DNA from: Malacoraja senta
Lineage: Eukaryota
Length of the DNA stretch: 64,000 bases
Reading direction: 5' to 3'
Assembly: GCA_038087875.1 (NCBI GenBank)
Contig: CM075999.1
Span: 2,978,001 to 3,042,000, forward strand
The translations under genes were made by a program, and so were the position numbers. Position 1 is the stretch's first letter. Every line of letters starts with the position of its first letter. This document shows positions 12,004-25,825 of this stretch, piece by piece. The notes under the pieces were generated by a model. It was not told the origin of the DNA, did no database searches, and saw nothing but the letters and a program-made list of their open reading frames with translations.

Positions 12004-12825
12004 TTTTTTTAAAATCCAGAAAGTAGGTTCAATAGAAAGACTGTAAAGAGAATTAGCTGTACAACTAAAATGATGAAACAAAGACACAGGGCTTTAAGGA
12101 AAGGGCTGGGAGGTTTGTCTCCAAAGACTACTAGTCTAATGGGCTGAATGGCCTCAGTATAATCCAACGAGAGACATTTGGCTGTGCAGCAAAGATAAAC
12201 GCGACCTTTTCATCTCCTGACACCGTACAGCGCGGGAGCTGTTTTAAAATCATATGCACATTTGTAAAAAATCATCTTGTTATGTTATGGCCCACGACAC
12301 AAGTAGTATCGAAGGGCAAACAGTAGCGTGGTCGCTGAGATGCCAATTAATTAACTCTGAACACAGTGTGTGCTTTGTCCAGTTGCTATAATGTTGCTCT
12401 AATCTGCTCCTTATCATTCAAACACAGAGCATAAACCAAGTCGTATCATTGCTCCATCCTGGTGTGCGCCAGAATGGAATTAGCTATAGTATTTTTTTCA
12501 TAGAATGATTACCTCATAGGGATAAGTTGCTGGCTGCAGCCCATACTGGTTTATATGGAACAATAGCTGTCTCCAACGCGAGCTTCCACAGGCTTAGATT
12601 TGATAACAATTCATATGTGTTTTTAAAATTGAAAAACCTCTGTTTATATCACACTTTTCCCGATCCCAGGGTGCCCCAATGTGGGCGGCACGGGGGCGCA
12701 GCGGGTGGAGCCAGAGACCCGGGTTCGATCCTGACCTCGGGTGCTGTCTGTGTGTGGAGTTTGCACGTTCTCTCTGTTTCCTCCCGCATCCCAAAGACAC
12801 GGCCATTCAGGTTAATTGGCCCTCT

Positions 12826-13162
12826 GTAGACAATAAACAATAGACAATAGGTGCAGGAGTAGGCCATTCGGCCCTTCAAGCCAGCACCGCCATTCAATGT
12901 GATCATGGCTGATCATCCACAATCAGTACCCCGTTCCTGCCTCTGCTATCTTCCTATCTTCAAGAGCCCTATCTAGCTCTCTCTTGAAAGTATCCAGAGA
13001 ACCAGCCTCCACTGAGGCAGAGAATTCCACAGACTCACAACTCTCTTTGTGATGAAGTGTTTCCTTGTCTCCGTTCTAAATGGTTTACCCCTTATTCTTA
13101 AACTGTGGCCCCTGGTTCTGGACTCCCCCCAACATCGGGAACACGTTTCCTGCCTCCAGCGT
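12826..13162 (-). mobile_element. CR1 3' fragment nested in a V-SINE (12683-13295)
   Basis: (CTATTGT)n tail and GESRTRGHSLRIRGKPFRT motif. Confidence 0.8.
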
Positions 13163-13470
13163 CAATTGCCCCCCTGGTGTGTAGCGAGTGGATGAGAAAG
13201 CGGGATAACATAGAACTAGCGTGAACGAGCGATCGATCGATGGTCGGCGTGGACTTGCTGGGCCGAAGGGCCTGTTTCCATGCTGTATCTTTCAATGAAT
13301 CAACTTGTTTCATAGCCAGCAGAATACCAGCTGATGTGTTGTCATTGCTGTGGTGTGTAGTTGATGAGGTGCTTTTTACCTGATCTTTCTGTTTATCCAC
13401 AATACACTGTGAGTCACCAGAATGAATACTGTGACATTATCAAACTCACCACACCATGGTGTAAGGCTAA

Positions 13471-13695
13471 ACGGCCTGTCCCACTTGGCGATTTTTTCAT
13501 TGACTGACGTATCAGGTCACTGACAAATTCGCGGCGTGACGTGGCGTGGCGTGACGTGGCGTGATGACGTATTGACGCGCGGTGTTTTTTCTTTTTTTTT
13601 TGTCGCCGCTGGATTTTGAAATGTTCAGAATCTTTTGGCGACACCGATATGACGCCGGCAGTCGCCGAATAAATCGGCCAAGTGGGACAGGCCCT
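13471..13695. mobile_element. PIF/Harbinger-type MITE
   Basis: Same TIR family; TAA on both sides (13468-13470, 13696-13698). Confidence 0.75.
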
Positions 13696-13777
13696 TAAGC
13701 AGGGTTCCTACAAGAGGATATATTTCTGATACATATAAGCTTCATTGACACATTCAATCTCATGAACTAAACTGAGA

Positions 13778-14043
13778 GGGCAGCACGGTGGCGCAGCGGT
13801 AGAGACCCCGCTGCTGTCTGTGTGGAGTTTGCACGTTCTCCCCCGTGACCCGCGTGGGTTTTCTCCGGGTGCTCCGGTTTCCTCCCACACTCCAAAGACG
13901 TACAGGTTTTGCCGGTTAATTGACTTTGGTAACATTATGTGTGTGTGGGATAATGCTGGTGTGTGGGGTGACCGCGGGTCGGAATGGACTCGGTGGGCCG
14001 AAGGGCCTCTTTCCGCTCTGTATCTCTTAACTAATCTAAACGA
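13778..14043 (+). mobile_element. V-SINE
   Basis: Head (partly deleted), core and tail. Confidence 0.8.
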
Positions 14044-17027
14044 AACAGATTTTCTTCTGTCTCGGGCCACCCCAGTACACTTTACACTTTTTGACGAGTC
14101 TCCCTGTTTGCAAATCTCGTGATCGGCACTTTTCCCGTTTCCAACCACACATTCTTTTCCACCTGCCTCCGGTTTCACTCTGGAGAAATCCAGGCTGTCT
14201 GTACAAGTTCCTGAATTGTTTTTCCGTGATGTCAGTGCATGAGAACATAAGGATTAGAAGTGGGAGTGGCCAGACATGCCGGCTTGCCTGTCGTTCATCG
14301 TGTTCTCAGCTGAACCTGCAACAATAACTCTTGTGGGTCAGGCAGCATCCCTGGACAACGTGGATAGATGACATTTTGGGTTGGGACCCTACTTCAGACT
14401 AAAAAAGTTGTCCCTCGGGTTCATATGAAATCTTTCCCCCCCCCCCCCTCACCTTAAACCTTGTACTAACACGGGAACATTCTGTATTTTCCCCCAAATC
14501 ACAGATGATAGAATGTTCCAGGTATTACACATTCGATCCACAGGGAAACAGGAAACAAAAACAGAAAATGTTGGAAATACCCAGCAGATCAGAGAGCATC
14601 TGTGGTAAGTGAAACAACATTAACATTTCACACTCAAGGTCGTCATTCAGAGACTAAGTCCGACCTGCTGAGCGTTTTATGTTATTTATCTTCAGATTCC
14701 CAGCACCGAAAGTTTGGTTGCCGGGGAAAGAAATTGGTTGTTTTATTCTGATGTGACTGGATGCGATATATTATTGCTACAGTTGCACGGTGGCGCAGCG
14801 GTAGAGTTGCTGCCTCACAGCGCCAGAGACCCGGGTTTGATCCTGACTACGGGTGCTGTCTGTATGGAGTTTGTACGTTCTCCCCGTGACCGCGAGGGTC
14901 TTCTCCGGGAGATCCGGATTCTTCCAACTCTTTACAGGGACTATCGCAACGTTTAAGAAACATTTGGACAGGTACATGGTTTGGAGGGATATGGGCCAAA
15001 CGCAGGCAGGTGGAACTAGTGTAGATGGGACATGTTGGTTGGTATGTGCACGCTGTATCAATCTACGACTCTATGACTTCTATTGTAAATTGTCCCAAGT
15101 GTGTAAGATAGTGCTACTGTATGGGATGCTTGCTCGTCAGCACGCACTCGGTGGGCCGAAGGGCCTGTTTCCACTGAGTTTCTGCAGCTTTTTGTGTCTA
15201 TCTTCGGTTTAAAACCAGCATCTGCAGTTCCTTCCTATACCTTTTGTAGGTTGTCGATCTTCGATGGGAACTGGCCACTTCTGATGAAAACTGGAAAGGT
15301 TGGTTATCTGAAATCGACTTCCGTGAGTCCTGAGAGCACTAACAGAAAGGTCGGCATGGAGTCGGTGGGCCGAAGGGCCTGTTTCCACGCTGCTTCTCTA
15401 AAGTCTCACCCAGGGAGTTGTGAATCTGTGGAATTCTCTGCCACAGAAGGTAGTGGAGGCCAATTCACCGGATGTTTTCAAGAGAGGGTTAGATATCGCT
15501 CTTAGGGCTAAAGGAATCGAGGGATAAGTCTGTGGAATTCTCTGCCTCAGAGGGCAGTGGAGGCAGGTTCTCTGGATGCTTTCAAGAGAGAGCTAGATAG
15601 GGTTCTTAAAAATAGCAGAGTCGGGATGTGGGGAGAAAGCGGGAACAGGGCACTGATTGTGGATGATCAGCCATGATCATATTGAATGGCGGTACTGGCT
15701 CGAAGGGCCGAATGGCCTACTCCTGCACCTATTTTCTATGTTTCTAAGCTTCTAAGTCTAAAGTAAAGACCCTCCGGTGCTGTTTTGCACATGGATATGT
15801 GCTAGTTTAGAGCTTCCAGCTTGGCCTGTCAGTGAACGATGCCTCTCCAGCTAATAACTGCTATTGTTAAATTACTTCTAGTCAGATTCATCCAGTCTGG
15901 AGTGCATCCATCACAGAACACCGGTCGGTTTTGAACAAGTTTGGACTAGGAGTTAGTTTAGTTGAGGAGACCACACCATGTGCGTGGAGAGGAGACCAAG
16001 TTCACCAATGCATGTAGATATTTAAAAGAAAAGATTTGATTTTATTTGTTGTATTTTTTTACATATTACACAAGATGATTTAATTATTAGCAACACCACC
16101 CTGCTGTTAGGTGACATAAATACCCTGACGTTAGAGCTGGGTGTTTACACTGCTGTGTATAATTGTACTGTCAGGAGATTCCGGAGAACCTTAAATTGCC
16201 TTCCATCGACATGTGTGGGCGTTTAGTCCCTGTGGCCGTGAATTATATCTCCAAGAAACCTCTCATATTTTTGGAATTCCTTGCACTTTTGTAAAACCCC
16301 TTCATAATGAAACTTTACACATGTGGTAGACATCCCTTTGCACCACCCCTTTGGTTTAATTTGGTTTAGTTTAGAGATGCAGCGCGGAAACAGGCCCTTC
16401 AGCCCATCCAGTCCGCACTGGTCTTTTTCACACAGAGAGTTGTGAGTCTGCGGAATTCTCTGCCTCAGAGGGCGGTGGAGGCCGGTTCTCTGGATACTTT
16501 CAAGAGAGAGCTAGATAGGGCTCTTAAAGATAGCGGAGTCAGGGGATATGGGGAGAAGGCAGGAACGGGTTACTGATTGGGGATGATCAGCCATGATCAC
16601 ATTGAATGGCAATGCTGGCTCGAAGGGCCGAATGGCCTACTCCTGCACCTGTTGTCTATTGTCTGTTGCACCCAACCAGCGATCCCCGCACACTAACACT
16701 ATCCTACACACACATACACACATGCGGAGTAGATGTGATGGGCCGAATGGCCGATTTCTTCTCCTATCACATGAATGAACACTATCCTACACACCAGGGA
16801 CAATTTACATTTATACCAAGCAAATTAACCTACAAACCTGTACGTCTTTGGAGTGCGGGAGGAGAGCAAAGATCTCGGAGAAATTCCACGCAGGTCTCGG
16901 GGAGAACGTGCAAACTCCGTACAGACAGCACCCATAGTCCGAATCGAACTCTGCCACCGTGGCAACATATTTAACAAGCTTGGACCTACTGCACCTTACA
17001 GAGAGGTTAAAAAACACATCAAATCTT

Positions 17028-17227
17028 NNNNNNNNNNNNNNNNNNNNNNNNNNNNNNNNNNNNNNNNNNNNNNNNNNNNNNNNNNNNNNNNNNNNNNNNN
17101 NNNNNNNNNNNNNNNNNNNNNNNNNNNNNNNNNNNNNNNNNNNNNNNNNNNNNNNNNNNNNNNNNNNNNNNNNNNNNNNNNNNNNNNNNNNNNNNNNNNN
17201 NNNNNNNNNNNNNNNNNNNNNNNNNNN
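17028..17227. other. Assembly gap (200 N)
   Basis: Run of N. Confidence 1.
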
Positions 17228-18958
17228 GTGTTTAGAGGGTACACAAAAGTGCTGGAGAAACTCAGCGGGTGCAGCAGCATCTATGGAGCGAAGGAAATAG
17301 GCAACGTTTCGGGCCGAAACCCTTCTTCAGAGTGTTTAGTGTTTAGAGGGCTATGGGCTAAATGCAGACAAATGGGACTCGTGCAATTTACCAACTTGGT
17401 CGGCATGGACTAGATGGGCCAAAGGGCCTGTTTCCATTCTGTACACCTCCATGACTCTGTAAGTGCATTTGTCGTAAGAGATTGCAAGAAGTTGTAACCT
17501 TAGATTTGGCAGTTTTCTTCCCCAAAACCACGTCTATGTATTTCTCAAATATATTGAGAATAAAACTGCAAAAAGTACACAATCAGCAGAGATCTTACAT
17601 CAAATTAAATGCTACCCAGAACCAGATTAAAACAGCAACTCTCCTCTTAACACCAGAACTTGGATTTCCCCCCCTAGTCTATTACATTAGTTCATAAGTT
17701 ATAGGAGCAGAATTAGGCCATTCGGCCCATCAAGTCTACTCCGCCATTCAATCATGGCTGATCTATCTCTCCCTCCTACTGCCTTCTCCCCAAATCCCCT
17801 GACACCCGCACTTGTACCCTTCCTTATCTCTGTGTGTCTCCCTCTCCCCTGACTCTCAGAAGGGTCTTGACCCGAAACGTCACCCATTCCTTCTCTCCAG
17901 GGATGCTGCCTGTCCCGCTGAGTTACTCCAGCATTTTGTGTCCATCTTCGGAGTAAACCAGCATCTGCACTTCCTTCCTGCACTGATCAAGAATCTACCT
18001 ATCTCTGCTTTAGATAAAATGACACTCTTCTTTGCAGATGAGATCTTTGCTCAGAATATCAAGGGCGGTTTGTGCAAAAACAAATGTGGGAGAGAAGCTG
18101 ATTTGTATTCGAGAAACTTTTGCACAATGCATTTTTATTGATGGGAGTGCACATCGGGCGGGCGTACAGCAGGTTTCAATCAATGGTAGTTTTAACAACC
18201 CGTTTAATAACTTAATGCTTACTCCTGCAAGATGCAATTTAAACTTATTTATGTAGTGCATCAGGAACTCAAATTACTGTTTGTTTAGCAGCACTATTGA
18301 AACCACACATGGTGACCAGATCAGTCGTGGAACCTAATCTGGAGGACATCTTTTGGTGGTAATCAGCTGCTGTGTACACTCTGCAGCTGTCTGTGCAGCT
18401 TGGGTGCTTTTACCATTAACAGCTTTGTACAGCACCTAGTCTCTCTTGTTTCCTGCTAATTATAGTCAGCCCCCCCCCTCCCCCCCCCCCACCCCCCCCA
18501 CCCCGAGTCGACTTTATTGTCATGTGCACATGTGCGCGGAGATACAGGTACAAAGACAAACTCCCTCCATCAGTCTGAAGAAGGTTCTCGACCCGAAACG
18601 CCACCTATTCCTTCTCTCCAGAGATGCTGCCTGTCCCGCTGAGTTGCTCCAGCATTTCGGTGTGAGCCGGCATCTGCAGTTCCTTCCTACGCAGTTTATC
18701 TTTTTAGTTCTGTATTGTATGTCTCCGAAACGCAGCCAGCGTCATCAGAGACCCTCACCACTCCGGCACGCTCTCATTTCACCCCTTGCCATCGACACAA
18801 AGGTACAGGAGCCAGAAAACTGTAACGTCCAGGTTCAGGAACAGCTCCTTCCCTACAGCCATCAGGCTATTAAACACTGCAACCTCCAAATAAGCTCTTC
18901 TTCTTCTTGCATATGGCGTGCACAGCCTAAAGTTGTAAGACAACTTGTTCTGTTTGAT

Positions 18959-19182
18959 GGTACACAAAAATGCTGGAGAAACTCAGCGGGTGCAGCAGCA
19001 TCTATGGGGCGAAGGAAATAGGCAACGTTTCGGGCCGAAACCCGAAACTTCTTCAGAAGGGTTTCGTCCCGAAACGTTGCCTATTTCCTTCGCCCCATAG
19101 ATGCTGCTGCACCCGCTGAGTTTCTCCAGCATTTTTGTCTACCTCCGATTTTCCAGCATCTGCAGTTCCTTCTTTAACACTC
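18959..19182. mobile_element. Penelope pLTR fold-back insertion
   Basis: Inverted arms around 19045; TSD GTTCTGTTTGAT at 18947-18958 and 19183-19194. Confidence 0.8.
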
Positions 19183-19217
19183 GTTCTGTTTGATCTTCTG
19201 TTTGTGCACGCCGGGTT

Positions 19218-19271
19218 GATTGCATTCGTCGAAACAGGGTGGACCGCGTGAAGGTTGCAATCTCCCGCCCC
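19218..19271 (-). ncRNA. Minimal HDV/CPEB3-like self-cleaving ribozyme (54 nt)
   Basis: GGGGCGG-GA-GAUUGCA-ACC-UUCACGC-GGU-CCACCCU-GUUUCGA-CGAA-UGCAAUC, read as P1, J1/2, P2, P3, L3, P3', P1', P1.1/mini-P4, J4/2 with the catalytic C, P2'. Confidence 0.75.
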
Positions 19272-19457
19272 CAAATAAGCTCTGAACTACATAGACTTGG
19301 GAGCATTTGAATTGTCTATTTGCACTATTATTGTGAGTTTGATTTTATGTGTGTGTGTCTATATATATTTTTTTCTGATCTGAAGAAGGATCCCGACCAG
19401 AAACGTCACCCATTCATTTCCTCCAGAGATGCTGCCTGTCCTGCTGAGTTACTCCAG

Positions 19458-20846
<1,389 letters not shown>

Positions 20847-21059
20847 CACAACAATGAACTTCTCTCTCTCGTTCATTATATTGTTTACCGTGTACTATGT
20901 TTACATATTCTGTTGTGCTGCTGCAAGTAAGAATTTCACTCTTTAAGGTGGAGTTTGGCAGATTCTTGATTAGTGCGGGTGTCAGGGGCTATGGGGAGAA
21001 GGCAGGAGAATGGGGATGGGAGGGAGAGATAGATCAGCCATGATTGAATGGTGGATTAA

Positions 21060-21370
21060 ACTTAGTTCAGAGATACAGCGCGGAAACAGGCCCTTCGGCC
21101 CACCGAGTCCGCGCCGACCAGCGATCCCCGCACACTAACACTATCCCACACACACACTAGGGATAATTTACAATTTTACCAAGCCAATTAACCTACAAAA
21201 CCAGCACGTCTTTGAAGCGCGGGCGGAAACACGAAGATCCCGGAGAAAATCGACACAAGTTACGGGGAGAACGTGCAAACTCCGTACAGACAGCACCCGT
21301 AGTCGGGATCGAACCGGGGTCCCTGGTGCTGTGAGGCAGCAACTCTACCGCTGCGCCACCGTGCCACCCC
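21060..21370 (-). mobile_element. Full-length V-SINE
   Basis: Head, core and tail all present. Confidence 0.85.
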
Positions 21371-23119
21371 GTATCGACCATATCGACCATATGGGCCGAA
21401 TGGCCTAATTTTTCTCCTATCACTGATTGACGAACATGATAAAGTCAGAAACAAATGTATACGGGATTTTTCAGCAGCGACTTTTTCAGTCGGGGACAGG
21501 GTCAGACTTATTTAAAATAAACTCTTTACCTCACAGTTACCTCTGTATGCTACTCCCTATGGGATCCATATGGAGAAGACATATATGTTACCGAGTGAAC
21601 AGGAAAGGGATCTCATCTGATTTCTTTTTAAAGCTAAATTCTATAAATATTGTGGCTCTACCTGAGGCCATGACTCGGGAAAGTGATTTTACTGCCAACA
21701 AATGATTTATCATCTGTTGAGTATTTTTATAATGCAGGATCTTACTGTATAAAGTTTGGGATATTATTACATAGAACATCGAACCTAGAACTGTGCATGA
21801 CAGGAACAGGCCCTTCTGCCCAAAATGTCCCTGCAGAATTCGGGGCGGCACGGTGGCGCACCGGTAGAGTTGCTGCCTCACAGCGCCAGCGACCCAGGTT
21901 CAATCCTGACCACGGGTGCTGCCGGTACGGAGTTTGCACGTTCGTTCTCCCCGTGACCTCCGGCAGGAAATAACGTATCAACTTGTCGACTTTATGCAAA
22001 CTGGGGTTTTAGTTTAGGGATACAGCGCGGAAACAGGCCCTTAGACCCACCGAGTCCGCACCGACCAGCGATCCCCGCGCACTAACACCACCCTACACAC
22101 ACACTAGGGACAATTTACATTTACACCAAGCCAATTAACCTACAAACCTGCGCGTCTTTGGAGTTTGTGCGGAAACCGAAGATCATAAGGTCATAAGTGA
22201 TAGGAGGAGAATTAGGCCATTCGGCCCATCAAGTCTACTCCACCATTCAATCATGGCTGATCTATCTCTCCCTCCTAACCCCATTCTCATGCCTTCTCCC
22301 CACAACCTCTGACACACGCACTAATCAAGAATCTTTGCATTTCTGCCTTATAAATATCCATTGACTTGGCCTCCACAGCCGTCTGTGGCCATGAATTCCA
22401 CAGATTCACCACCCTCTGATTAAAGAAATTCCTCCTCATCTCCTTCCTAAAAGATCTCGGAGAAAACCCCACGCGGGTCACGGGGAGAACGTACAAACTT
22501 TGTGCAGACAGCACCCGTAGTAAGTATCGAACCCGGGTCTCTGGCGCTGTGAGGCAGCAACTCTACCGCTGCCAATCCGTACCGTGACACAGTCAATTGC
22601 TATTGTAATATTCTGCATTGTTGGGTATTAATTTGCCTGAGCTGAGTCCCAGGCCAGAGCCCCCCTTACAAACCACACGCTCTTTGATTCCTTTTGAAAG
22701 GCTGCCTGCTAGTTCAGGGCAGCAGCTTTGATCACCAGCCTGTTCTGACAACGCACAATAGTGGCGGATGATGCCTTTATGCAAAGTCGCCTTAATTAAC
22801 GAGGGCAACAAAAGTGCCTGGCCCTCTGTCATATTATATTTTTCCCTCTGCTCGTCGAAGAATGTTTATCTTAGCGTATTTAGAAACTGGGCGCATAAAA
22901 GAAAAGCCACTTCCAGAGGCGCGGGAGTTGAAATATTGAATTTGTATAATAAAGGAGGGTAGCAGATGTCTCCTTTTGATAGTCAGCTTGACTCAGCACT
23001 GTGATAAGCTGCTCATTAACAGATGCTGTGTACACAGTGCATCTCATCAACCCCCCTGTTCTCCAGGCAACCCCACCTGAGTGCTTTTCACATTACAAAC
23101 AGACTCCCGCCAATCCTTA

Positions 23120-23808
23120 AGGGCCTGTCCCACTTGGCGATTTTTTTTCATCCATTTCCGGACCCCGCCCGACCCGACCCGACTCGCAGTGTAATCAGCG
23201 TTGCGGGGGAACAGTTTGTGTTAATAAATTAAAATTCTGAAAATGAGGAGAAGATTTTTACCAAATATTTTTAAGAGGATGTTTCCGTAACCGGCTTCCG
23301 TCTCCGCACTAGTATCCTATGGGATCTTTAGTGCGGAGACGGAAGCCGGTTACGGAAATGGGGCCTTAAATTACCCGTGAATCTGCCCATGACCGTACTA
23401 CGTCTTTTTCGTCGAGTGGATTATCTTGCTCGCTATAGGATCTTTGGTATGAACATTGACTTCTCCAATTTCAGGGAGTCCTTGCTTTCTCCCTCCTTCC
23501 CCTTCCCTTCTCAGCTCTCCCACAGCCCACAGTCTCCGCCTCTTCCTTTCTTCTTCCCCCCCCACCTCCACATCAGTCTGAAGAAGGGTCTCGACCCGAA
23601 ACGTCACCTATTCCTTCGCTCCGTAGATGCTGCCTCACCCGCTGAGTTTCTCCAGCACTTTTGTCTACTTACATATTGACGCGCGGTGTTTTTTCAAGTG
23701 TCACAACATTTTGTTGTCGCCGCTGGATTTTGAAATGTTCAAAATCTTTTGGCGACACAGATATGACGTCGGCAGTCGCCGAAAAAATCGGCAAGTGGGA
23801 CAGGCCCT
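23120..23808. mobile_element. Harbinger-type MITE carrying nested insertions (an unclassified palindromic element and Penelope)
   Basis: TIRs at both ends; TTA at 23117-23119 and 23809-23811. Confidence 0.7.
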
Positions 23809-25289
23809 TTAGATAGACACAAAATGCTGGAGTAACTCAGCGGGACAGGCAGCATCTATGGAGGGAAGGAATGGATGACGTTTCGGGTCGAGACCCTTCT
23901 TCAGACTGAGAGCCAGGGAAATGGGAGACGGAGATAAGGACGAGTGAGGTGTGAAAACGAGACATCAAAGGGGACAAAGTTCAAGGAAAATGTAGAGTAG
24001 ATCATTGTTATCTAGGAGAAGCTGACAACGAGGCGTACAGAGGTAAAAGGTAATCAGGGGGACAGTCAGACTAGTCGGAGAACTGGGAAGGGGGAGGGAC
24101 GGAGAGAGAAGGTAAACAGAAATTATTTGTAGGAAGGAACTGCAGATGCTGATTTAAACCGAAGATAGACACAAAATGCTGGAGTAACTCAGCGGGACCG
24201 GCAGCATCTCTGGAGAGAAGGGATGGGTGACGTTTCGGGTCGAGGCCATACTGCCGACTCAAAATGTAGACACGAGGAACTGCAGATGCTGTTTTACAAA
24301 AATAAAGACAAAAAAATAAAGTCCTGGGGTACCCTGCAGGGTGAGGCAGCTTCTCCAGAGATCGCGGATAGGAGTAGTTTGGATCGGGACCCCTCTTCAG
24401 CCATTATAGTGGTGGGGGAGAGGGGTAGGAAGCTGGAGGGGAGGTGTAGGCGGGACGAAGCTTGTCAAGTGACAGGTGGAAACAGATGAAGGGGGTTTAT
24501 TGGCAGATGCAAGGCCAGAGATGAAAAGACAAGAGGCTGTGAGACGCGGAGCTCTAGTAGATAATAGATTGTAGTTAGTAGAGATAGGAAGATTGTAGTT
24601 AGTAGAGTACAGGAGCCTGAAAACTGTAACGTCCAGGTTCAGGAACAGCTTCTTCCCTACAGCCATTAGGCTATTAAACACAACAACCTCCATATAAGCT
24701 CTGAACTACATAGAATATTATTGTTATTATTGCACTAATATTGTTTTTTTATGAGTGTGTACACACACACACACATATAAATATAGGTATCAGCAATCCC
24801 AGCCTCCCATTCCTAACTGTCACTGTATGTCATGTTGTCACTTGCGGGCGGAGCACCAAGGCAAATTCCTTGTATGTGAATACTTGGCCAATAAACCTAT
24901 TCATTCATTCATTCATTCATTCTACACCACCTCCCATTTTATTATTATTTATTAATTGAGACGGTGTGTAGCCAATTCCTTCAGGGGATATTTGCGGGGA
25001 AATTTCTTCAGCATTCATTTATTTTACAAAGATATACTTTATTAACGAAGTCAGAAGCATTAGCATCTGTGCAATCACAGTGCAACGAAGAATACTCCAT
25101 TTACGTACAAGATTCCCATAGTGTCAGCGTATCTAGCCTTCTTTCACTTTCCTTCTCTTGAACAAGTTTCATCCCCTCAGCCACTCATTACAGATCCCTA
25201 ATTGCACTTAAGCCCTGTAGGCAGTCGAGAGCCAACCACGTCAGTGAATCGGGAATCGCATCAAGCCTGACCACGTAAAGATGGCAGAT

Positions 25290-25825
25290 TTCCATCACGG
25301 CACGGTTTGGGAACAGCTCCATCCAGGACCGCAGGAAACCGCAGAGAATTGCGGACGCAGCCCAGACCGTCACACAAACCAACCTCCCTTCCATTGACTT
25401 CCATTTTCTACCTCACGCTGCCTCGGCAAGGCCAGCAGCATAATAAGTCACATCCTGGTCGCTCCCTCTTCTCCCCTCTCCCATCGGGCAAAAGGTATAG
25501 AAGTGTGAAAACGTACACCTCCAGATTCAGGGACAGTTTCTTCCCAGCTGTTATCAGGCAACTGAATCATCCTACCACAACCAGAGAACGGTCCTGAACT
25601 ACTATCTACCTCATTGGAGACCCTCGGACTATCTTTGATCGGACGTTACTGGCTTTATCTTGCGTGAAATGTTATTCATGTCATTGCCTTTATTCTGTAT
25701 CTGTACACTGTGAATGGCTCGTATGTAATCATGTGTTGTCTTTCCGCTGACTGGATAGCACGCAACAAAAGCTTTTCACTGTACACATGAACCTGGGTAC
25801 CCGTGATAATAAACTAAACTAAACT
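25290..25825 (+). mobile_element. Rex1/Babar-like LINE 3' fragment
   Basis: SHPGRSLFSPLPSGKRYRSVKTYTSRFRDSFFPAVIRQLN; (TAAAC)n tail. Confidence 0.75.

Larger units (their letters stand above)
18899..19271 (-). mobile_element. ~137-nt non-autonomous retroelement with a 5' HDV-like ribozyme and (AAG)n tail; split by a Penelope insertion
   Basis: 12-bp TSD CAAATAAGCTCT (18887-18898 and 19272-19283) inside a Rex1 tail; (AAG)3 tail; structured body. Confidence 0.75.

Noticed and set aside
16853..17413. ORFs spanning N runs (also 44371-44784)
   Set aside because: Artefacts of the assembly gaps.
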